This document shows, in pieces, positions 29,287 to 37,869 of a DNA stretch of 57,700 bases. This DNA comes from a virus (taxonomy: Duplodnaviria; Caudoviricetes). Where the stretch lies: positions 1 to 57,700 of IMG/VR virus record IMGVR_UViG_3300035145_002905; one strand, 5' to 3'. How positions within the stretch are numbered: the first letter of the stretch is position 1; each line of letters begins with the position of its first letter. The notes under the pieces were generated by a model that worked only from the letters and a program-made list of their open reading frames with translations, had not been told where the DNA came from and ran no database searches. Position numbers and translations under genes: made by a program.

Positions 29287-30444
29287 ATGTTTAAAAAGAT
29301 ACCACAAGACCAAATAGTACGAAGAACATTTGAAGTTAATAAAGATGTAAGATTAACTCAAGATGATGTTGACGTATATCAAGTGTATGGTGTGAGCGGC
29401 TCATACGATGCAGATACCGACCCTGTCGTTGGGGCATCTGGTAGTTTTCCTGGTTATTCGGTAAGAGGTATTTATAACTCAACAAAAGCAAAATATTATA
29501 ACCCATCTGCTTCATTATTTGAATATGGTGGTGGGTTTACCAAAAATCAAGTATATGTACAAAATGCACCAACTACAATGAGTGTTCTCTCATTTAGGGC
29601 GTGTGTTAAAGGTGAAGCTATATTACCAGGTTCATTTCAATTACAAGATAATACCACAGGACTAACAGTTGTTGATTCAGAAACTTCTACAACAATAACA
29701 AATGAATCACCAGAATACTTAGTAGAATCATTTGATTTTTCTACTGGTGAGGTAATATTAGCCGATAGTTCAAGCACTGAACTGTATATAGAATCTATTG
29801 ATTTTAATACTGGTGAAGTAGAGATATCATACAATGGTGTATTAGAATCACCAAACCCAACATTAACAACGTTAAATGGATTAAACAGTAAATTATCATT
29901 TTCAACACCATTAACAATACTAGACCAAGTAGCTGGAGCAACAGTTTCATATGGACAGTTATTCCAACAAAGTGGTGATTTAATTCTTGATACTGGTGAA
30001 AATCCAGATTTGTTACAAGATTTTGAATTAAATTTTAAATCAACAACAACAATATCAGAATTAGAAGTTTTAGTTAGTGTAGAACCAGGTGAGTTTACTA
30101 CATCAACTAATCCAACTGCAGTTGATTATTTCAATATTACAACATCATCTTTTGAACATACACAAACAGATGAAAGAGGAAATCCTCTAGTAGAAGTTAT
30201 CAAAAACTTTACTCCTAGAAAAAAATCCTATATTTATAGTAGCTATGGAAACGCCACAGGTAGTTTTGATGACTACGATGTGAGTAGTTCATTAGACCCG
30301 ACAGGTTCTTATTTAACTACATATGTTACTTCCATAGGGTTATATGATGATAATTCGGAATTACTTGCTATTGCAAAAGTTGCAAGACCAGTAAAATTAT
30401 TACCCGATTATCCAATAAACTTTTTAATAAAATTGGACACATAA
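29287..30444 (+). CDS. Virion structural protein (paralogue of 28013)
   Basis: C-terminal VTSIGLYDDNSELLAIAKVARP..IKLD. Confidence 0.6.
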   Translation: MFKKIPQDQIVRRTFEVNKDVRLTQDDVDVYQVYGVSGSYDADTDPVVGASGSFPGYSVRGIYNSTKAKYYNPSASLFEYGGGFTKNQVYVQNAPTTMSVLSFRACVKGEAILPGSFQLQDNTTGLTVVDSETSTTITNESPEYLVESFDFSTGEVILADSSSTELYIESIDFNTGEVEISYNGVLESPNPTLTTLNGLNSKLSFSTPLTILDQVAGATVSYGQLFQQSGDLILDTGENPDLLQDFELNFKSTTTISELEVLVSVEPGEFTTSTNPTAVDYFNITTSSFEHTQTDERGNPLVEVIKNFTPRKKSYIYSSYGNATGSFDDYDVSSSLDPTGSYLTTYVTSIGLYDDNSELLAIAKVARPVKLLPDYPINFLIKLDT

Positions 30445-30446
30445 TT

Positions 30447-30626
30447 ATGGCTTATCAAATTTTAGATGTAAATCAAAACGTATTAGAAACAGTAGAAGAT
30501 ATTCAAGCATGGTTAGATGAAAAGGGTGATGGCCCTTGGTTTGCTTACGATGACGGAATATTTGAAAGACCTGAAATAGCTGGTGATGAAGCAGTTAGAG
30601 TATTTAAACTAGTAGAGGAAGAATAA
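30447..30626 (+). CDS. Small acidic hypothetical protein (59 aa, not in ORF track)
   Basis: Translated by hand: MAYQILDVNQ...FKLVEEE*. Confidence 0.7.
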   Translation: MAYQILDVNQNVLETVEDIQAWLDEKGDGPWFAYDDGIFERPEIAGDEAVRVFKLVEEE

Positions 30627-30627
30627 A

Positions 30628-30807
30628 ATGGCATCAATAGAAGATTTATATAAAGGTTCAGATTTTTCTAAACTACCAAACAAAGGTGGAGATAAAACTC
30701 CTATCGAATTAGATGGTGGAAAAGATTTGAGAAAAGAATCAAACTTAGAAAAAGCAAGAGGTGGTAAAGTAAACCTCTCAAAATACTCTGATACAGTAAA
30801 ACGATAG
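30628..30807 (+). CDS. Small hypothetical protein (59 aa, not in ORF track)
   Basis: Translated by hand: MASIEDLYKG...SDTVKR*. Confidence 0.7.
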   Translation: MASIEDLYKGSDFSKLPNKGGDKTPIELDGGKDLRKESNLEKARGGKVNLSKYSDTVKR

Positions 30808-30810
30808 TAC

Positions 30811-31368
30811 TTGGCTTTTTTATCATCAGATAAATGGTTATACGTCCATGTACCTAAAACAGGAGGTACATCGATATCTCATGTTTTACAAAATCATGAA
30901 TGTAGTATTCTTTCAACTCATGGACGATTAAATTCTCAAAGAAACTTAGGAAGTAAATTTGTATTTGGATTTGTTAGAAATCCATTTACTAGATTTGCAT
31001 CTTTATATTACTCATATATAAGAGAGAATGGTAAAGTTTCTATTGAAGAATTTATACAATCGCATGAAGAATGGGATTACTTCTTCGATACTCAAACTGA
31101 TTGGTTAGAGTACAATGGAAAATTAGATAGGGTGGACTATATAGGTAAATACGAAAACCTCAGTTCAGATTTAAAAATTATCTCAAAAAGTATTGATATA
31201 GATTTGAATAATATTCCACTTTTAAACTACAATAACGTAAGAAATACATATTCAGATATGTATGATTTTTACAAAAAAAGATGTTACACAAATCCAAAGG
31301 TTGTACAATTCGTGAGAAACAAGTACAGAGAGGATTTTAAAAATTTTGACTATGGGATGGCACTTTGA
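30811..31368 (+). CDS. Sulfotransferase family 2-like protein
   Basis: 5'-PSB HVPKTGGTSI; 3'-PB FVRNPFTRFAS; GKYENL; TTG start. Confidence 0.8.
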   Translation: MAFLSSDKWLYVHVPKTGGTSISHVLQNHECSILSTHGRLNSQRNLGSKFVFGFVRNPFTRFASLYYSYIRENGKVSIEEFIQSHEEWDYFFDTQTDWLEYNGKLDRVDYIGKYENLSSDLKIISKSIDIDLNNIPLLNYNNVRNTYSDMYDFYKKRCYTNPKVVQFVRNKYREDFKNFDYGMAL

Positions 31369-31744
31369 GGGTAGACCAGTAACAGAGATTTCTGATATGC
31401 CCGAAGGAACTATTGGATTCATTTATATGATAACCAATAAAGATACCAATGAATTTTACATAGGTAAAAAATCATTATATTCACACAGAACTCTTCCACC
31501 ACTAAAAGGATATAAAAGAAAAAGAAAAGTAATTAAAGAATCAAAATGGAGAGATTACTCTTCTTCAAACAAATCAGTACAAGAGTGGACTGATGTTTAC
31601 AAAAAAATCTTAAAATACTGTAAATCCAAAAAAGCTCTAACTTACTACGAACTAAAAGAACAATTTAGACACGAGTGTTTAGAACGAGAAGAATCACTAA
31701 ACGATAATTTATTAGGTAAGTTTTTCAAAAAAGATTTAGAATGA
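31352..31744 (+). CDS. GIY-YIG endonuclease (T4 endonuclease II-like)
   Basis: GFIY...YIGKK, ESKWRDY; start moved to ATG 31352. Confidence 0.7.
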   Translation: MGWHFEGRPVTEISDMPEGTIGFIYMITNKDTNEFYIGKKSLYSHRTLPPLKGYKRKRKVIKESKWRDYSSSNKSVQEWTDVYKKILKYCKSKKALTYYELKEQFRHECLEREESLNDNLLGKFFKKDLE

Positions 31745-32277
31745 ACATATTAATAGTTGCCCATGTAAGATGTGGGGGTCAATATTTTAATCGATTCCTT
31801 TCTGAAAAATATAATTTAGAATTTATACACGAACCAAGAAGAAATATTAAATGGGGACATCATTATCATAACTCATGTGTAAAGATATGTATCCACCACC
31901 ACGATATGAAGGATGTAGTCGAGTTTTCTAAGAAATTTGATTATGTGTTCTTATTGAGTAGAAAAAATACCTTAGAACATCTACAATCATGCATTGCACT
32001 ATATAGAAATACAACAAAGAAAAATAAAGGTAATTGGCATACAAATTGGATTTGGGATGATAGTATGTGGTTAGATAAAAAATGGGTAAATCTAGCTGAA
32101 GAGGGGATTGAGGATTTAAATAAAAACTTACAGAAATTATCCAAATTATTAGATACAGAAATAATTATGTACGAAGATTTGTATTACAATACAGAATCAG
32201 TAAATCTGAAAGGATTAGAGTTTAAACCAGATACTAATAGAAAATTACGAAAAATTAAAGAACGCAAAATATTTTAA
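31741..32277 (+). CDS. Sulfotransferase-like (P-loop) protein
   Basis: R-C-G-G PSB-like loop, HEP, LSRKN...S, YEDL. Confidence 0.55.
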   Translation: MNILIVAHVRCGGQYFNRFLSEKYNLEFIHEPRRNIKWGHHYHNSCVKICIHHHDMKDVVEFSKKFDYVFLLSRKNTLEHLQSCIALYRNTTKKNKGNWHTNWIWDDSMWLDKKWVNLAEEGIEDLNKNLQKLSKLLDTEIIMYEDLYYNTESVNLKGLEFKPDTNRKLRKIKERKIF

Positions 32278-32317
32278 AAATGCCTTGGAGCTTTAAAATA
32301 TTTTTTGTATATTAGCT
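32276..32317 (+). promoter_or_regulatory. Putative promoter, copy of 6935-6976 element, upstream of primase
   Basis: AAAAATGCCTTGGAGCTTT-N13-TATATTAGCT. Confidence 0.7.
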
Positions 32318-32335
32318 CTGTATATTGTATAAATT

Positions 32336-33274
32336 ATGCTTTCACAACGCGATAAATCAGTTATAATCAACATATTAGATGATATACTTGGTGTTGGTAC
32401 ATCATTAAAAGGAGATGAACAAGCACACCATTGTCCATTTTGTCATCACCATAAGAAAAAGTTACAAATAAACTTGAATACACAACAATGGCATTGTTGG
32501 GTTTGTGATGCAAAAGGTAAAAAGATTCAAACTCTTTTAAAACGTTTGCATGTTGATTCAAAAAGGATACGAAAAGTTTTTGAAATATATGGAGATGATT
32601 ACATCGTTTCTACAACTACCGAAGAAGAAAAGGTAGAACTAAGGTTACCATCAGAATTTAAATCACTATTGGTAAAACCGAAAGGTTTGAATCCATTATA
32701 CAGAAAGGTGGTACAATATGCAAAAGACAGAGGTCTTACTAAAGAAGATATTATTCGTTATAATATTGGGTATTGTGATACTGGTATGTACTCCAATCGT
32801 ATTATTATTCCGAGTTATGATGGAGATAATAGACTCAATTACTTCATCGCACGGTCTGTATTCTCTGAAGAAAAGTTTAAATACAAAAATCCGCCGGTAT
32901 CGAAGAATGTTACGATATTCGAGAATCAGATTAATTGGAATGAACCTATTACATTATGTGAAGGAGTGTTTGATGCGATGAGTATCAAAAGAAATGCTAT
33001 TCCTCTTTTGGGTAAATTTATTCCAAAAACTTTAATGGATAGTATATATAAAAAAGGGATAAAGGAAATAAAGATTATTTTAGATAAAGATGCTCAATCA
33101 CAGGCACTTTATTATGTAAATTATTTTATGAATAATGGAATAACTGTTACAAACGTTTTACCTACCGAAAAAGATGCTGGAGAGATGGGATTCTCAAAAG
33201 TAAATCAAAAATTAAAAGATACTAAAAAAACTGCATTTGAAGATGTGGTGTTACAAAAATTAAAAGGTTTATGA
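32336..33274 (+). CDS. DNA primase (zinc finger + TOPRIM)
   Basis: CPFC...HCWVC; IIIP; EGVFDA; LDKDA. Confidence 0.88.
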   Translation: MLSQRDKSVIINILDDILGVGTSLKGDEQAHHCPFCHHHKKKLQINLNTQQWHCWVCDAKGKKIQTLLKRLHVDSKRIRKVFEIYGDDYIVSTTTEEEKVELRLPSEFKSLLVKPKGLNPLYRKVVQYAKDRGLTKEDIIRYNIGYCDTGMYSNRIIIPSYDGDNRLNYFIARSVFSEEKFKYKNPPVSKNVTIFENQINWNEPITLCEGVFDAMSIKRNAIPLLGKFIPKTLMDSIYKKGIKEIKIILDKDAQSQALYYVNYFMNNGITVTNVLPTEKDAGEMGFSKVNQKLKDTKKTAFEDVVLQKLKGL

Positions 33275-34506
33275 TATACACTTTAGAGAAACCGTATAAT
33301 CAAGGATTATATGTAGGGTGGACTGAGTTTTTAAAATCAACTAACATACCATATGAAACTTTAGTTGATAATACATTGGAACAAGATGTAGAGTTTGAAA
33401 GTTTCATGTCATTTCAACATAATATTGATTTTATAAATGAAAAAGTAAAAAAAGAAAATACTTTGATAATAGATTCTTCTTATTTTAGAAGAGAAGATGG
33501 TTCATGGCTTAACTTTCCACAAATAAATGAGTGGTGTAAAAAACTAAATTCAGATAATATAATCGTAATGCATCCCGATACTGGTTATTCACCAGATGAG
33601 GCATATAATGAAAATGGAGTAAAGGTATTAACTCCAACATATAAATTAGAAGAATGGGATGATAATAAATTACAAAGTAACTATAACTTTTATATTTGTA
33701 ATGGGGCATATCAATCTTTAAAATGGTTGGCATCAATTATCTTTGAAAGATATAAAGAAATGTTAAGAGCAAAAAAATTCTTATCATATAATGGAGTTTA
33801 TAAAATTCATAGAACATTAATCCAAAAAACATTAGAAGATAATGATTTAATGAAAGATACTTTCTTTTCATACAATGCATATAATATCTTAGATGAAAAC
33901 TGTAATCACAACTATGAATTTGATGTAGATTATAATAATTTTACAGAGACACTTTATGGACACAATTCAAAATATCATAATGTAAAAGATTTTAGAGAAA
34001 AAGAAGTATTACCATATTATAGTAAAGAAGAACACGAAAAATTATTAAAAAAATTACCAGTAGTTTTAGATTATATTCCAAACCTTTCAAATGTAGACCA
34101 ATATGCTTTTACATTACCATATACTTCAAATGCATATGTAGAAATTATTGGGTGTACTAGTTTGAATGGTAATGGGAATGAAATTTATACTTCTGAAAAA
34201 ATATTTAAACCATTCATGTCATATCTAATTCCTATCTTTATAGGTCAAAGAGGATTATTGACATTATTAAAAAAACTTGGATTTGAATTAGAGTTTGATG
34301 GGTTAGTAGATATAAGTTATGATTCTATTGAATGTAACTTAGAAAGAACCAAACAGGCACTAGAAAATGTAAAAAGAATTGGAGAATTTTCAATTGCAGA
34401 ATTACATAACAACTATCACAGACATCGTGAAAAGTTAATCCACAATAATAAATTAATGAAAGAACTCTACACAAAACAAGTAGATTCATTTAAGCAAATA
34501 ATATGA
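33271..34506 (+). CDS. Glycosyltransferase-like hypothetical protein
   Basis: KKFLSYN..HR; TSEKIFKP...LGF...SYD; paralogue of 52248. Confidence 0.5.
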   Translation: MIYTLEKPYNQGLYVGWTEFLKSTNIPYETLVDNTLEQDVEFESFMSFQHNIDFINEKVKKENTLIIDSSYFRREDGSWLNFPQINEWCKKLNSDNIIVMHPDTGYSPDEAYNENGVKVLTPTYKLEEWDDNKLQSNYNFYICNGAYQSLKWLASIIFERYKEMLRAKKFLSYNGVYKIHRTLIQKTLEDNDLMKDTFFSYNAYNILDENCNHNYEFDVDYNNFTETLYGHNSKYHNVKDFREKEVLPYYSKEEHEKLLKKLPVVLDYIPNLSNVDQYAFTLPYTSNAYVEIIGCTSLNGNGNEIYTSEKIFKPFMSYLIPIFIGQRGLLTLLKKLGFELEFDGLVDISYDSIECNLERTKQALENVKRIGEFSIAELHNNYHRHREKLIHNNKLMKELYTKQVDSFKQII

Positions 34507-37500
34507 TAATTAACAAAGTTTATCACTTGGCAGATTTACATATTCGTAATCTCCAAAGACACAAAGAATATAAAATTATATTCAAAAAGTTTTTAAAACA
34601 AGTTAAAGAAGATAATATCCAAGATTCTGTTATCTACATAGCAGGGGATATTGCACATGCCAAAACTGAAATGTCTCCAGAGTTGGTTCATCAGATAAGT
34701 TGGTTTCTTACTGAATGTGCAAAGTTAAGAGAGACAATAATAATAACAGGTAACCACGATTGTAACCTAAATAATTCCCACAGACTAGATGTACTCACGC
34801 CAATTATCGAAAATTTGGGAAATAATCGAATTCATTATCTTCGTGATACTGGTGTCTATAATATTCATAATCTTACTTTTGTTGTCTATTCTATATTGGA
34901 TAACAAGGAAAATTGGCCTAAAGGAGATACCATTGATGGAGAAAATAAAATCGTTTTATTTCATGGACCAGTAAACAAAGCTCAAACTGATATCGGCTAT
35001 ACCGTCTCCTCTAATTCTTTTCAAGTAGATATGTTTGATGGATACGATATGGCCATGTTGGGTGATATTCACAAAAGACAAACCTTTGGTGAAGGATACG
35101 AGTGGGTTGCATATGCTGGTTCTATGATTCAACAAAATCATGGTGAGTTGCTTGAGAATCATGGATATTTACTTTGGGATATTCCAACACGAACTTTTAC
35201 AGAACATCACATACATAACGATTATGGATTCTTAACAGTTGATGTAATTGAAGGAAAAATACCACAATGGGTTTACGATGAGGTTGGAACAAAACTTCCA
35301 AAACATCCAAGATTAAGATTAAGATTTACAAAGACAGAACCAAGTGATATGAAAAGATGTATCACCGAACTTAAAAAATTATTTAAAGTTCAAGAGGTTA
35401 CTGTTACACGAACAGATACAATCGGTCAACTTAAAACCAATACAAAAGTAAACAAAAATATTGTTGGTAACGTTAGAGAAGAGACCTTTCAGAATCAGTT
35501 AATTAGAGATTACTTAGAAAGACAATATCTATTAGAATCAGATGAACTAGATAAGATACAAGAAATAAATACAGAACTAAATTCTCAGTTCTCGAATCAC
35601 GAATTTGCTGAGAACATTCTATGGACACCAAAAGAGTTTGAGTTTTCTAATATGTTCTCTTATGGTGAAAACAACTTAGTAAGGTTTGATAGAGCACAAG
35701 GTATCGTTGGTATCTTTGCACCAAACGCAAGTGGTAAATCATCTCTTTTCGATGCACTATCATTTTGTATCTATGATAAAACATCTCGTACTACATCATC
35801 TAAAAACATCCTTAATAATCGAAAGGATAAGTTCTACTGTAAGTTTAACTTTGAGATAGATGGAATTAACTTTTACATAGAAAGAACTGCTAAATGGACA
35901 AGAAGAGGTACTAATCTAAAGGTAGATGTAAACTTTTGGAAAGAAGATAGTGGAGTGATAGAATCACTTAATGGAGAACAACGAAGAGAAACTAACAAGA
36001 ATATTGAAAAGTATTTAGGTAAGTTTGAGGATTTTGTTTTAACAACACTTTCACTACAAGGAAACAATGCACTATTCATTGATAAATCACAATCGGAAAG
36101 AAAAGAAACTCTTTCTCAATTTATAGGGGTAGATATCTTTGATAAACTATATCAAGTTGCAAGTGACCAAAACAGAGATAATGCAACACTTATCAGAAAG
36201 TTCAAGTCTGACGATTTTACGACAAAACTTGCCGACATCGATACACAATTAAAAACCGATAAAAACGATTACAAACTTTTAGAGATAAATCAAAAGGCAT
36301 TAGTTGAAGAAGAAGAAGTTTTAAATAAAAGGATTATATCTCTAAATGAGAAAATTGTAAAGTTACATTCAGATAGCGGAGTATCGATAGATGAATTAGA
36401 AAAAAGATTAAAAATCCTTCAAAAGAAAAAAGAAGATATCCAAACTCAAAAATCATCTATTCAAGATAGAATTACTTATAGAGAAGAATTACAAATTGAA
36501 TTAGATGAAATCTTAGATAAATTTGATGAAGAAGATTTAGAAGAAGGAATTGGTACTTTAAGACAATTAAAAGGAAACGTTTCTAATATTGAAGGTGAAG
36601 TAGAAAAAGTTAATATTAAATTAGAATCTTTACATGAAAGAAAAGACCACTTAGATTCTCATAAATATAATGAGGATTGTGATATCTGTATGGAAAACTC
36701 TAAATCTATTTTGGAAACAAAAGAAAAAGTAGAATCTGAAATAAAAGAAAAAAAATCAGAATTACAATCTTTTGAAAAAGAAAAATTAGAATTAAATATT
36801 GAAATAGATTCTTTAAAGGGTTATGAAAAAGAGTGGAAAAACTTCCAAGAGGCAAAAGAAAAAGAAGATAAGATTGATAGAGAGATAAGTGGACTTATCA
36901 ACAAGTTATCAACAATCGAAACTGAAGAATTACGAAATTTACAACAACTTACTCAACAAGAGCAACTTATTGAGGAATATTATAAGAACGAAAAGCAGAT
37001 TAACAAGAACAAGGAAATCAGAGATGAGATTAGTGGAGTAAGAGAAAAACTTGGTACTGTTAAAGATGAACTCAAAGGATACAACACAGATATTCTTAAA
37101 TTGAATGGTAAGATTTCTGCTCTTCAAAATCAAAAAGAAACTATTGAAGATAGAATATCTGAAGTTAAAACTTTGGAATCGCAAAGTAAATTATATGATT
37201 ACTATTTAAACGCATTAAGTAGAGATGGTGTATCTTATGAATTGATTGAAAAGGCATTACCAATGTTGGAAGGTGAAGTAAACAACATCTTAGGACAGAT
37301 TGTAGAGTTTGGAATGCAGTTAGAGATTGATGGTAAGAACATTAATGCATATCTTGTATATGGAGACCAGAGATGGAGTTTGGAAATGTGTAGTGGTATG
37401 GAAAGGTTTATTAGTGGTTTAGCAATTAGAGTTGCTCTAATTAATGTATGTAACCTACCAAGACCTAATTTCCTTGTGATAGATGAAGGATTCGGTACAT

Positions 37501-37661
37501 TAGATAGTGAGAACCTACAATCTTTATTTATGTTGTTTACATATCTTAAAACTCAATTTGATTTCGTAATGGTAATCTCACACATTGACTCGATGAGAGA
37601 CGTAGTTGATGGTCTTGTTGAGATTAAGAAAGAAAAAGGATTCTCAAATGTTAAGTACTAA
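34503..37661 (+). CDS. Fused Mre11/SbcD nuclease - Rad50/SbcC ATPase (gp47-gp46 fusion)
   Basis: ADLH, GDIAH, GNHD, GDIH; Walker A PNASGKSS; coiled coil with CDIC hook; CSGMER, IDEG, ISH. Confidence 0.93.
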   Translation: MIINKVYHLADLHIRNLQRHKEYKIIFKKFLKQVKEDNIQDSVIYIAGDIAHAKTEMSPELVHQISWFLTECAKLRETIIITGNHDCNLNNSHRLDVLTPIIENLGNNRIHYLRDTGVYNIHNLTFVVYSILDNKENWPKGDTIDGENKIVLFHGPVNKAQTDIGYTVSSNSFQVDMFDGYDMAMLGDIHKRQTFGEGYEWVAYAGSMIQQNHGELLENHGYLLWDIPTRTFTEHHIHNDYGFLTVDVIEGKIPQWVYDEVGTKLPKHPRLRLRFTKTEPSDMKRCITELKKLFKVQEVTVTRTDTIGQLKTNTKVNKNIVGNVREETFQNQLIRDYLERQYLLESDELDKIQEINTELNSQFSNHEFAENILWTPKEFEFSNMFSYGENNLVRFDRAQGIVGIFAPNASGKSSLFDALSFCIYDKTSRTTSSKNILNNRKDKFYCKFNFEIDGINFYIERTAKWTRRGTNLKVDVNFWKEDSGVIESLNGEQRRETNKNIEKYLGKFEDFVLTTLSLQGNNALFIDKSQSERKETLSQFIGVDIFDKLYQVASDQNRDNATLIRKFKSDDFTTKLADIDTQLKTDKNDYKLLEINQKALVEEEEVLNKRIISLNEKIVKLHSDSGVSIDELEKRLKILQKKKEDIQTQKSSIQDRITYREELQIELDEILDKFDEEDLEEGIGTLRQLKGNVSNIEGEVEKVNIKLESLHERKDHLDSHKYNEDCDICMENSKSILETKEKVESEIKEKKSELQSFEKEKLELNIEIDSLKGYEKEWKNFQEAKEKEDKIDREISGLINKLSTIETEELRNLQQLTQQEQLIEEYYKNEKQINKNKEIRDEISGVREKLGTVKDELKGYNTDILKLNGKISALQNQKETIEDRISEVKTLESQSKLYDYYLNALSRDGVSYELIEKALPMLEGEVNNILGQIVEFGMQLEIDGKNINAYLVYGDQRWSLEMCSGMERFISGLAIRVALINVCNLPRPNFLVIDEGFGTLDSENLQSLFMLFTYLKTQFDFVMVISHIDSMRDVVDGLVEIKKEKGFSNVKY

Positions 37662-37815
37662 CTCTTAACACATTATCTGCAGGATTAGGTTTTTTTATTT
37701 TATCTTTTATTAACTTCTCAACCAACCCACTTTTTGAGTAACCATTCTCAGCACAATAATCATTCAACAATTTTAACGTTTCTTTTCGTATTTGTATCGT
37801 AGAATATTTTCCCAT
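37651..37815 (-). CDS. Ribbon-helix-helix (CopG/Arc-like) DNA-binding protein
   Basis: STIQIRKETLKLLNDYCAENGYSKSGLVEKLI pattern; start set at MGKY. Confidence 0.7.
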   Translation of the reverse strand: MGKYSTIQIRKETLKLLNDYCAENGYSKSGLVEKLIKDKIKKPNPADNVLRVST

Positions 37816-37856
37816 AGGTTTCCATAGAATATATATACAGATATTCAATTACACAA

Positions 37857-37864
37857 TATTTATA
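37857..37864 (+). promoter_or_regulatory. TATTTATA putative late promoter, 5 nt before tail-fibre ATG
   Basis: Intergenic motif copy. Confidence 0.6.
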
Positions 37865-37869
37865 CCTGT

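Noticed and set aside
31352-31744. GIY-YIG gene as a mobile homing endonuclease
   Set aside because: Only about 130 aa with no C-terminal DNA-binding domain and not within an intron; better fits an endonuclease II-like enzyme
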